A stretch of 64,000 nucleotides of DNA from positions 3,066 to 67,065 of the forward strand of contig DHVU01000007.1 in NCBI GenBank assembly GCA_002412825.1, in the 5' to 3' direction. The notes under the pieces are model-generated. The model was not told where the DNA came from, searched no databases, and saw only the letters and a list, made by a program, of their open reading frames with translations. Numbering within the stretch: position 1 is the first letter of the stretch; the number at the start of each line of letters is the position of its first letter. Positions 37,016 to 45,058 of the stretch are shown one piece after another. The translations under genes and the position numbers were made by a program. Source of the stretch: Spirochaetaceae bacterium UBA5200 (lineage in GTDB: Bacteria; Spirochaetota; Spirochaetia; Treponematales; UBA12059).

Positions 37016-37549
37016 ATGAAACAAGTACGCATCATTCTAGCCATGCTCATGCTCGTTTTACTGGCGGCCCAGCCCGTGTTCGCCCAGGCGGATGCCCCGC
37101 TCACCGAGATAGAGCTAAGCAAATTCATAAGCGATTGGCCCGCTACGGTTCAGTGGCTCGAAGCAAGGGGTAAAAGCCTCGAATCCGCAGGCGCTGGCCC
37201 GGCGCTTTACGCCATGTTTGCAGGTGCTGATTTTAGCGCCTTCCTCAAAGGCAAGGGCTGGACCGTAGAGCGCTTCGGCTATGTGGCCGGCACCACCTTC
37301 ATGCTTGTGGCGTACATCGCCTTCGAACTGCAGAATCCCGACATGCTCAAGGAATTTGATCGGGCCATAGCAGAAATACGAGCAGATACATCTATATCAG
37401 CGGCGGACAAGGCAAGCGCCATAAACAGCCTGGAGGAAGTAAAGAAAAGCCTCTTAGCCTTGCCAACGGAAGCCAAGCTCAACGAGGCGGAAATCAAGCT
37501 GGTGCGCGCCAAATACGATACGCTCAAGAAAATACTCGCCACGGACTAG
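37016..37549 (+). CDS. hypothetical secreted protein (177 aa)
   Basis: I chose ATG 37016 (MKQVRIILAMLMLVLLAAQPVFAQA, a signal peptide). I recognised no family. Confidence 0.6.
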   Translation: MKQVRIILAMLMLVLLAAQPVFAQADAPLTEIELSKFISDWPATVQWLEARGKSLESAGAGPALYAMFAGADFSAFLKGKGWTVERFGYVAGTTFMLVAYIAFELQNPDMLKEFDRAIAEIRADTSISAADKASAINSLEEVKKSLLALPTEAKLNEAEIKLVRAKYDTLKKILATD

Positions 37550-38724
37550 GAGCTCGGCACAGCCTTTTCGTATACGCGGTAGGTTTTTATTGCCCTAAGG
37601 CCAAGCTTCTCAAGCGCGTTACGGATACGCAGGTTATCTTCGAGTATATAATTGGCCTCAAGACGCACCTTCTTGGCCGCTAAGCGCTCGAACAGGCGCA
37701 TATAGAGCAACACATCGAGTCCCAGGTTCTGGTATTTCGGTAATACTGCCAATCCCCACAGACGGTAGTCGCGTATTCTTTTTACGCCCAGGAGGAGCCG
37801 CATAAAACCCGTGGGGAACAGCCTGCCGTGAATCTTCTTGATTATCGTATTTATATCGGGAAAACCAAGGCAACAGCCCACCGGAATCCCGCCGTCCTCC
37901 ACGAACCATATGGCGGCTGGATCGAGTATGGGCTTAAGGTCGCCCACGATGGCAGCCATCTCGTCGGCCTCGACCGGCACGAAGCCCCAATTGCCGTCTA
38001 CGCTCGCGTTAAGTATACGCCTGATATGCTCGGCGTCCCGCCCGAGCTGCCTCGTATCGATCATGCGCGTGGTTATGCCCGGCCTACGCGCAGCGACCAT
38101 TGCCTCGAAGCGCTTGAAGCGCTCTGGTATGGCGTAGCCCGCGCCCGCGTCAGCCTCGTAGGCTAGCAGGTCCTTAACGCCCCGAAACCCGGATTGGCTT
38201 ATAAGCCTGTCGTAATAGGGCGGATTATACGGCGACATATACACCGGCGGCAGGTCGAAGCCGTCGACGAGGGCACCCCAGCATTCCGCCACCGGATTGA
38301 TGGGGCCCCGCAGACTATTCATACCCCGTTCCGCTAACCAGGCTTCGGCCGCTTCAAAGAGCGCGGCGGCCGCATAGCGGTCCTCCTCACATTCGAAGGA
38401 ACCGAAAAAGCCAGTGGCACTCTGGAAATGCGCATTGAACTGAGGATCAATATAGACGGCGAGCCGTCCTATTATTCGCCTATCCTTATATGCGGCTAAT
38501 AGGGCATGGTCCGAGCGGTCAAGCACCGAATTATTGCCTGTTTTATAGGCCGAACGCTCTGCGGCCCAAAGCGGCGGCACCCAATTCCGATCGTTTTTAT
38601 AGAGGCGGAGCGGCAAACGTATGAAGCCGTCGAGTTCTTTGGGCTTACGTACCGTCCGTATCGCCGTGCGCATTAAGTCGCTCATGCCGCAATTTTCGTA
38701 CGCTTCGCGGACGATGGCAAGCAC
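37546..38724 (-). CDS. GNAT-like N-acetyltransferase family protein
   Basis: The 392-aa product has an acetyl-CoA-binding-like segment near the C-terminus (WGLAVLPKYQNLGLDVLLY). The start is uncertain (GTG 38724 or ATG 38685). Confidence 0.55.
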   Translation of the reverse strand: MLAIVREAYENCGMSDLMRTAIRTVRKPKELDGFIRLPLRLYKNDRNWVPPLWAAERSAYKTGNNSVLDRSDHALLAAYKDRRIIGRLAVYIDPQFNAHFQSATGFFGSFECEEDRYAAAALFEAAEAWLAERGMNSLRGPINPVAECWGALVDGFDLPPVYMSPYNPPYYDRLISQSGFRGVKDLLAYEADAGAGYAIPERFKRFEAMVAARRPGITTRMIDTRQLGRDAEHIRRILNASVDGNWGFVPVEADEMAAIVGDLKPILDPAAIWFVEDGGIPVGCCLGFPDINTIIKKIHGRLFPTGFMRLLLGVKRIRDYRLWGLAVLPKYQNLGLDVLLYMRLFERLAAKKVRLEANYILEDNLRIRNALEKLGLRAIKTYRVYEKAVPSS

Positions 38725-38759
38725 TTTTTCTAGTAGCCCTGAGAGCCGCCAATCCCCGC

Positions 38760-41333
38760 CTATACCTTAAACTCGATCGCGTATTTCGTTCCTTTTTCCC
38801 GCTCAATTTGTATGGTGCCATTTATCTGTTCAACGAGCATCTTCACCAGCTGCAAGCCGAAACCCGTCGAGTTCTCGAACGTCAATGACTCCGGCAATCC
38901 AATGCCGCTATCTTGATAATCCAAGTAAACCCGGCCCCCATTTTTTATCACATTCACTGCTATCACTCCATCATCACCCATACAGGCATATTTCATAGAG
39001 TTGGTGATCAATTCATTAAGTATTATACCGAGTGGAGAAAGGAATTTGGTATCGAGCGAAAAATCGTCTATTTTCAGCGATAATTTTATGGATTCGCTAT
39101 TCGGGAAAACGTCGACTATCTCTCTTAGTAGGGAAGGAACATAATCCTTCATAGATAGCTCGTCGTGCGTCCCCGATTGATACAGCTTATCGTACAGTAC
39201 CATCATACTCTTCAATCGCCCTTCGGCGTCGAGCAAGATGCTTTTGGTCTCCTGACTCACGTAGTTATCAGACTGCAGCTTTAGCAAGCTCCCCATTATA
39301 TTCATATTATTTTTTATTCTATGATTTACTTCCTTGAGGATAATTTCTTTTTCGTTTAGGAGACGTACAATCCTTTGCTCCGATTTTTTCCTTTCGGTAA
39401 TATCATTAAAGCTAACGAGGCCAGCTCTTACTCTTCCACCCCTATCAATGACAGGGCTCCCGAATACTTCGAGCAGAGATCGTGTCCCGTCAGCCTTCTT
39501 AACATCCATATCTTCAATATGGGATTTCTCTCCTCGAAGCGCGCGAATGATCGGCATTTCATCCAACGGGTACATGGTATCGCTGTTTCTCAAAAACGCT
39601 TGATATACCTCGCCTAAGTTATTCGCATCAACATCGGGTAGTATCCCCCTGCCCAGAAGCTGTTTTGCAATTTCATTGGCCACAATCGGCTTCCCGCTTG
39701 GCGCTTCGACCATAAAGACACCAATAGGCAAACTATCCAAAAGAGCATTCAGTATACTATTTCGCTCCTCAAGGGCCTCCTCAGTCTTCTTGCGTTCTGT
39801 GATATCAACAAGCGTCTGGATCAAGTAAGCGTGCTTATTAATTACTATAATCCTTCCTGTTGCCATGCCAAATTGCACCTTACCCGATTTCGTCCTGATA
39901 GAAACCTCAAAGTCAGAATACTGCCCATACGCCGAAAGCAGCCTTTTAGTTTGGAGCTCCGTTTCCGGCAGAATTATTCCAAGCTGAGCTGCAGATTTTC
40001 CTATCAATTCCTCTCTTGAAAATTCTACGCTCCTCTGCATTTCCATATTAACGTCAAAAAAACATCCATTGTCTGTATCGATAAGCATCGCCGGATAAGG
40101 GCTCTCCTTAAAGATCGTAGAAAACTTCTCTTCGCTCTCTCGCAATGCTTCCTCTGCGCGTTTACGTTCGGTGACATCTTCGCCCGAACTAAATATGCCA
40201 ATGGGTTTTCCATCTTTATCCCTAATCAATGCATTGTGCCAGTAAATTATTCTTCGCTCCCCGTTTCTTGTGACCACTTCATTCTCGTGCGTAACAATCG
40301 CCTTCGCATCTACATGCGCGAGGCTTTTAAAATATTCATGAAGCTCTGCCTTGAGTTCTTCTGGCAAACAGAGATCTAAGAAATTCTTACCGACAAGCTC
40401 TGGATATCTATAGCCGAGCATGGTATGTCCGGATTGGTTTAATAATAGAATATTCCCCTGAAAATCTTCGGAAATAATAATTTCTGCGGCTACATTCAAC
40501 AACATATCGGAAGTCTCTTTGCTTATCCGCAAAGCTTCCTCTTTAGCTTTTTGCTCGGTTATATCGAGCGATACGCCAAGAAGTCCATTAACATTTCGCT
40601 CTGTATCGAACAAAGGGATCTTGCTGGTATCAAGCCATATTGTCGAGCCTTCAGCCGTGCGTTGCGTTTCAAGGATATGGAGACGAGGAATCCCTTCATC
40701 CAATACTATCCGATCCGCTTTTCTATAGTTATCAGCTTCATGATCTTTCCAAGGAAGATCATAATCGGTTTTGCCAACTATCTCCGTGGTCAATTCAAGT
40801 CCAGCTGATCGTGCAAACGCTATACTGCATCCTTTATATATTGAATTGCTATCCTTCCAAAATACCATGCCAGGAATATTATCCATAATATTTTGAAGCA
40901 GCTGGGCGCTCTCATGATCTTTCTGTGAATTTAATTTCATTGCTTGATTTACATCAAACAACTTAAAGGCCATCTTGATAGAAGCATCAAGAACAGTAAT
41001 CGATGATCCTTTTACCACATAGCCATAGGAGGTAATCTTTTCCGTCTTCTCTACAACTTCACGTTCACTATGAGAGGATACAAAGACGATGGGAATATCT
41101 TCTTCTTTGAGGATAATCTCGGCGGCTTCTGTACCATCAATACCAGGACCTAAATTGATGTCCATAAGCACAAGGTCGATCTCAGGAAGCGTCTTGACCG
41201 CTGCTACGGCCTGTTCACCTGTTGTCACCGTTTTTACCGCATAACCATAGTTCTCAAGCTGCGCTTTCGCAGACATGGCGAGGATTGGCTCGTCTTCTAC
41301 GAGGAGAAGGGTCTTTTTTGAACCTTTAGACAT
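38760..41333 (-). CDS. REC - multi-PAS - HisKA_2/HATPase_c sensor histidine kinase (low-G+C gene)
   Basis: I chose ATG 41333 (MSKGSKKTLLLVEDE). The product has a receiver domain (LVLMDINLGPGIDG), at least four PAS modules (repeated ITERK linkers), a HisKA_2 H-box (EVNHRIKNNMN) and an N-box (LNELITNSMKYA). Confidence 0.9.
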   Translation of the reverse strand: MSKGSKKTLLLVEDEPILAMSAKAQLENYGYAVKTVTTGEQAVAAVKTLPEIDLVLMDINLGPGIDGTEAAEIILKEEDIPIVFVSSHSEREVVEKTEKITSYGYVVKGSSITVLDASIKMAFKLFDVNQAMKLNSQKDHESAQLLQNIMDNIPGMVFWKDSNSIYKGCSIAFARSAGLELTTEIVGKTDYDLPWKDHEADNYRKADRIVLDEGIPRLHILETQRTAEGSTIWLDTSKIPLFDTERNVNGLLGVSLDITEQKAKEEALRISKETSDMLLNVAAEIIISEDFQGNILLLNQSGHTMLGYRYPELVGKNFLDLCLPEELKAELHEYFKSLAHVDAKAIVTHENEVVTRNGERRIIYWHNALIRDKDGKPIGIFSSGEDVTERKRAEEALRESEEKFSTIFKESPYPAMLIDTDNGCFFDVNMEMQRSVEFSREELIGKSAAQLGIILPETELQTKRLLSAYGQYSDFEVSIRTKSGKVQFGMATGRIIVINKHAYLIQTLVDITERKKTEEALEERNSILNALLDSLPIGVFMVEAPSGKPIVANEIAKQLLGRGILPDVDANNLGEVYQAFLRNSDTMYPLDEMPIIRALRGEKSHIEDMDVKKADGTRSLLEVFGSPVIDRGGRVRAGLVSFNDITERKKSEQRIVRLLNEKEIILKEVNHRIKNNMNIMGSLLKLQSDNYVSQETKSILLDAEGRLKSMMVLYDKLYQSGTHDELSMKDYVPSLLREIVDVFPNSESIKLSLKIDDFSLDTKFLSPLGIILNELITNSMKYACMGDDGVIAVNVIKNGGRVYLDYQDSGIGLPESLTFENSTGFGLQLVKMLVEQINGTIQIEREKGTKYAIEFKV

Positions 41334-41480
41334 ATAGTCCCCTTCTGTCACCAAATATGTTTGATTGTGTACTTGTTTATGAACGAAGTATAGAGCTAAT
41401 CAGGTATTCAGCAATATCATTTGGCAAAATTGTCAGCTAATGAAGAAGCCGTACCACCTAAGTGATACGGCTTTTCTCTA

Positions 41481-41624
41481 TAGCAGGGGTAGGATCTCTC
41501 CCGCAGGCCCTCGCATTCGCTCGGCGCTCCTCTGCCGCTCGCCGGCTCGCGGCGAATGGTTCGAGTCCTACCCCTGCTTCATCAAAACAAAAAGGCCACG
41601 CTTTCGCGTGACCTTTTGTTTTTT
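41481..41624. repeat. tRNA-fMet 3'-end-derived palindromic module, unit 1
   Basis: The unit starts TAGCAGGGGTAGGA and ends GGTTCGAGTCCTACCCCTGCT followed by a terminator. It is homologous to unit 2. Confidence 0.9.
41584..41624. terminator. bidirectional terminator hairpin (copy 1)
   Basis: AAAACAAAAA-GGCCACGC-TTTC-GCGTGACC-TTTTGTTTTTT. The stem has one mismatch, and A/T runs lie on both sides. Confidence 0.7.
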
Positions 41625-41811
41625 AGCAGGGGTAGGCTCTCTCCCTCCGGCCCTCGACATCCTGTCTCAGGCCTCCGGGCGCCTACGCTCGCTTCCGCGC
41701 GCATCCATGCGCGCTCTTCCTCGCATTCGCTCGGCGCTCGCTGCGGTTCGAGTCCTACCCCTGCTTCATCAAAACAAAAAGGCCACGCTTTCGCGTGACC
41801 TTTTGTTTTTT
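41624..41811. repeat. tRNA-fMet 3'-end-derived palindromic module, unit 2
   Basis: Its architecture matches unit 1 but with a longer GC-rich core. The 79-nt block 41745-41823 is identical to 41558-41636. Confidence 0.9.
41771..41811. terminator. bidirectional terminator hairpin (copy 2); terminator of tRNA-fMet
   Basis: The sequence is identical to copy 1. It lies immediately 3' of the tRNA on the minus strand. Confidence 0.75.
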
Positions 41812-41883
41812 AGCAGGGGTAGGACTCGAACCTACGACCTCCGGGTTATGAGCCCGACGAGCTGCCAACTGCTCTACCCTGCG
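41811..41883 (-). tRNA. initiator tRNA-fMet (anticodon CAU), no encoded CCA
   Basis: The minus strand reads CGCAGGG-TA-GAGC-AGTTGGCA-GCTC-G-TCGGG-CTCATAA-CCCGG-AGGTC-GTAGG-TTCGAGT-CCTAC-CCCTGCT-A. Initiator hallmarks are present: position 1 is unpaired with 72 (C1:U72), there is an A11:U24 pair, and three consecutive G:C pairs close the anticodon stem. The anticodon arm is nearly identical to that of E. coli tRNA-fMet. Confidence 0.9.
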
Positions 41884-41897
41884 TCGTTGTTAGGCTT

Positions 41898-41926
41898 AGA
41901 ATACAGAAAACGGAAAACAATGTCAA
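41898..41926 (-). promoter_or_regulatory. sigma70-type promoter of tRNA-fMet (TTGACA-17-TATTCT)
   Basis: The hexamers and 17-nt spacer were read on the minus strand. The -10 element ends 14 nt upstream of tRNA position 1. Confidence 0.65.
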
Positions 41927-41946
41927 GGGATGCGGAGCTTTTCGCC

Positions 41947-42312
41947 CTAATTCAGTATAGCCTTCAGCTCGGAAAGGCCATAAGGTTTTTGCAGGAAGCG
42001 GCTAAACACGGACCGGTCGTCGCCGGAAAGGCCATCTGCGCCGCTCACGGCGATGAATACCGGCGTATGAGCCGGGCTGCCCGTGGCACGCTCTTCCTGC
42101 GCATACACCGCTAGAATGGCCTTGGCGCAGGCGTAGCCGTCGGTACCTGGCATACAGATATCGAGGAGCACATAATCATAACGCGCGCGTCTGCAGGCAT
42201 CGCAGGCTTCAGCGCAGCACGAAGCGCTGTCGGACAGCCATCCGAGCCGCGAAAGCATACGGCCCAAGAGGTCCCGATTAGGAGCGTCGTCGTCTACTAT
42301 CAGGGCTATCAC
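41947..42312 (-). CDS. single-domain response regulator (REC only) with Cys-rich helix
   Basis: The 121-aa product has a GTG start that overlaps the upstream kinase stop (GTGA). It contains IVDDD, VLLDICMPGTDG and the unusual stretch CCAEACDAC. Confidence 0.8.
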   Translation of the reverse strand: MIALIVDDDAPNRDLLGRMLSRLGWLSDSASCCAEACDACRRARYDYVLLDICMPGTDGYACAKAILAVYAQEERATGSPAHTPVFIAVSGADGLSGDDRSVFSRFLQKPYGLSELKAILN

Positions 42313-45020
42313 AGTATGCCTTCTCGCTCTGCACCCGCGAGCGCGCGCAGCGCCATGCCCTCAATCCGCTCTACTATGCTTAAAAGCAGCTCAGGCTCCT
42401 CAATGGCGTAATACTCTAGAAAGAGCTTGATGAGCTCAAGCGCGGCTGGGTGGCCGAAACGCTGGAATAAGGCGCTGATTTTTCCCGCTTCGCTACGCAC
42501 ATCGATGCGGGAGGCATCCTCGCTCAGGGCTAGGCGTATACGCGATACGGCCTCCATGGCGCTATCGCGCAACAGGGTTATGGCGGCTATGCGCTCGTTC
42601 TTCCGGCCTGCGAAATTGGCGTTGAAGTAAAGAGTCGATACGCTTTCACGCTCGGCTAAAGCCTCGCGCACGGCGGCCAGCAGGGCCCTGATATCAGCGG
42701 GCTTGGTGAATACTTCGCGGAACACGCGATTCGGCTCCACAAGCTCGCCGGGGTCATGGGCGGTCATGGCGAAAAGCGGCATGCTTGGGGCATAGCGGCT
42801 ACCCGCATAGGCCCGTATGGCCTTACCCAGTTCAAAGCCGTTATACCCGGGCATTTGTATGTCCAGTATCGCGGCATCCACGTAGTGAGCCTCCAGCACT
42901 TTGAAGGCCTCGGCAGCGCTCGCCGCGGTTTGTACCTTATATCCTGAGTTCTCTATCAGCGTGCGCATATATTCGAGATTCACCTCATTGTCGTCCACGA
43001 GCAACAGCACATAGGGCGAAGCGCCATCGCCGTGCTCTACGCTCGATGGCACGCCGGAGGGGACGATAAGGCTGAAGGAACTGCCGGAGCCCGGGCGGCT
43101 ATCCATGCGTATCTCGCCGCCTAACACCCGCACAAGGTTACGCGCGAGCGCCAATCCTATGCCCGCTCCCCGCGACTCCACGCCGCGTATCTCGCCCACC
43201 CGGGTAAAGGGCTGGAATATGCGATCCCGGTCATGGGACTCTATGCCAAGCCCCGTATCGCTTACGAGCACCCGCAAATGGGGGACATTGCCCTCCATAC
43301 GCTCTATTTGCGCGCTTACCATGACCGTTCCCATGCTGGTAAATTTGACAGCGTTATCTATCAGTATGCCTATTGCCCGGCCAAGCCTGTCCGGGTCGCT
43401 GTCTATGGTATCGTCGCCTTGAAGCTGCAGCTTAAAGTCGAGGCCTTTAGCCAGCGCGTTCTTTCGATATGGGGCGCAGGTGGTCTCTATAAAGGCCGAT
43501 AGAGGGAACGTGAGCCGGTGTATTATACTGTCGCCGCCTTCAGAGCGCACGTAGTCCAATATGCCCCCGAGTATGTCCTGCAGCGACTGCGCGAATTCGA
43601 TGATGCTCGAGGCGCGCTTTGGCCCTTCCTCGGGAACCATCTGTATAAGCTTGGCAGCGGTCATGATGCCGTTAATCGGATTCTTAAGCTCATGGGTCAT
43701 GCTTGCCAGGAAGCGCGTCTTTGCCTGGTTGGCATTGTCAGCATCGAGCCTCGCCGCCTTAAGCATTTCCTCCATGCCCTTGCGCGCGCTCACATCGTCC
43801 ACGATGGCTATGGCATGCGTGACGATGCCGTTGGGCGAACGCACCGGAGAGAGGGCGAAGTCTACCCAGAATTGGCCTCCACGCGCCTTGGGTACGATGA
43901 CCTCCTCGCGTATATCGAAGCCGTCCTGCACATGCTTGCGCATGCCCTCGGCTTTCTCCGGCGGAAAGGCGAAGAAGCGGAAAATGGAGCGGCCTATCAC
44001 TTCAGCGGGGGAGAAGCCGGTAAGCAGGAAAAAGGCCGGATTTACGTATTCGGTCTCGAACGCGTGATTGACGACGAATACGCAGGATGCCAGCTGATCC
44101 ACCGCCTGGTATAATTTCCTGAGCATCTCCTCGGATTTCCGCCGCAGGGTTACGTCTCGTATAATGCCCACCGAACCCTTAAAATCTCGAACGCCGCTCA
44201 CGTCGTATTCGCCGGCGGCGGACACCTCGCCGTAGGATATCACCTCGCCTATCAGGTCGCTGCTGGCAAAGCCCGTATGGTGCTTCTTCTTAAGCCGCAC
44301 CTCAAGCTCGGAAGTACGCCGGTCTATGTTCCTGCGCTCATTGAAGAGTTTCGGGCTTAAGGCAAGCCCCGTATGCTGTCCAAGGTAATCTACCAGAACC
44401 TTGTCTCTGTCTACGGCTTTAGCATCCTCTTCATGGAGCAGTATCGAAAAATGCTTGCCGATAAGCTCGGCCGGTTTGTAACCGAGTAGCTCTATGGAAC
44501 TATTGAGAAAGGTGATGATGCCCTGCGGATCCAGCTCGTACACGATATCGGGCAGGGCATGCACCAGGTTCTCATAGCGGTGCTCGTAATCGGCTCCCTT
44601 GCCGTCGCGCTCCAGAAGCGCGGCGAAGCCGGCGAGGTAGGCGCCTAAGAGGCGCCTACGGGCGGACGGCTCGGGCACGACGAGGAGCCGCCCGCCCAGG
44701 CCGCGCGCCAGGCGCGCGGCCTCTTCGCCGCCGTCTTCGTCGCTCAGCAGCAGCACAAGCGAATGAGGCGACAGTTCCTTGCCGCCGGGCAGCGAGGAGC
44801 CCATAGCCCGAGCCAGGCTTGCATCGCTTACGACAAGCGTATACACGCCATCGCGCAGCGCGCGCGCCAGCACCGCGGGGTCCGCGCTTATGGTGAGTTC
44901 GGCGCCGGCGAGTTCCTGTTTGCATACCAGTGCTAATTCGTTAAGCTCGTCGGCGTCTGATGAGGCTACTAATACATGAAGGGCCGCTATTGTTTCGTGC
45001 ACTCTTTTATTGTCGCGCAA
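42309..45020 (-). CDS. hybrid sensor histidine kinase (N-terminal receiver-like region, 2 PAS, HisKA, HATPase_c, REC, C-terminal helical domain)
   Basis: The 903-aa product has a TTG start as listed. It has an H-box (SMTHELKNPING), an N-box (LIDNAVKFT), G-boxes (DTGLGI, GAGIGLA) and a receiver domain (AAILDIQMPGYNG). Confidence 0.85.
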   Translation of the reverse strand: MRDNKRVHETIAALHVLVASSDADELNELALVCKQELAGAELTISADPAVLARALRDGVYTLVVSDASLARAMGSSLPGGKELSPHSLVLLLSDEDGGEEAARLARGLGGRLLVVPEPSARRRLLGAYLAGFAALLERDGKGADYEHRYENLVHALPDIVYELDPQGIITFLNSSIELLGYKPAELIGKHFSILLHEEDAKAVDRDKVLVDYLGQHTGLALSPKLFNERRNIDRRTSELEVRLKKKHHTGFASSDLIGEVISYGEVSAAGEYDVSGVRDFKGSVGIIRDVTLRRKSEEMLRKLYQAVDQLASCVFVVNHAFETEYVNPAFFLLTGFSPAEVIGRSIFRFFAFPPEKAEGMRKHVQDGFDIREEVIVPKARGGQFWVDFALSPVRSPNGIVTHAIAIVDDVSARKGMEEMLKAARLDADNANQAKTRFLASMTHELKNPINGIMTAAKLIQMVPEEGPKRASSIIEFAQSLQDILGGILDYVRSEGGDSIIHRLTFPLSAFIETTCAPYRKNALAKGLDFKLQLQGDDTIDSDPDRLGRAIGILIDNAVKFTSMGTVMVSAQIERMEGNVPHLRVLVSDTGLGIESHDRDRIFQPFTRVGEIRGVESRGAGIGLALARNLVRVLGGEIRMDSRPGSGSSFSLIVPSGVPSSVEHGDGASPYVLLLVDDNEVNLEYMRTLIENSGYKVQTAASAAEAFKVLEAHYVDAAILDIQMPGYNGFELGKAIRAYAGSRYAPSMPLFAMTAHDPGELVEPNRVFREVFTKPADIRALLAAVREALAERESVSTLYFNANFAGRKNERIAAITLLRDSAMEAVSRIRLALSEDASRIDVRSEAGKISALFQRFGHPAALELIKLFLEYYAIEEPELLLSIVERIEGMALRALAGAEREGIL

Positions 45021-45058
45021 AGTCTATGGAATACAAGCTCTTAGTAACCATTTTATCC

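Noticed and set aside
41481-41811. Possible CRISPR array or mobile-element ends
   Set aside because: There are only two units. The 'spacers' are homologous to each other, the repeats are palindromic copies of the tRNA 3' end, and no cas genes, transposase or target-site duplications are visible.
38725-41883. Classical tRNA-integrated genomic island with att repeats
   Set aside because: I found no copy of the tRNA 3'-end sequence (AGCAGGGGTAGG or its complement) at the left boundary near 38.7 kb, and there is no integrase or excisionase. The low-G+C segment holds a single kinase gene. I therefore report it only as a compositional anomaly.
41440-42114. 224-aa plus-strand ORF (and the nested 41556-41798 ORF)
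   Set aside because: It reads through the tRNA-derived repeat units, two terminator hairpins and the antisense strand of tRNA-fMet and the REC gene. The repeated peptide segments simply reflect the DNA repeats.
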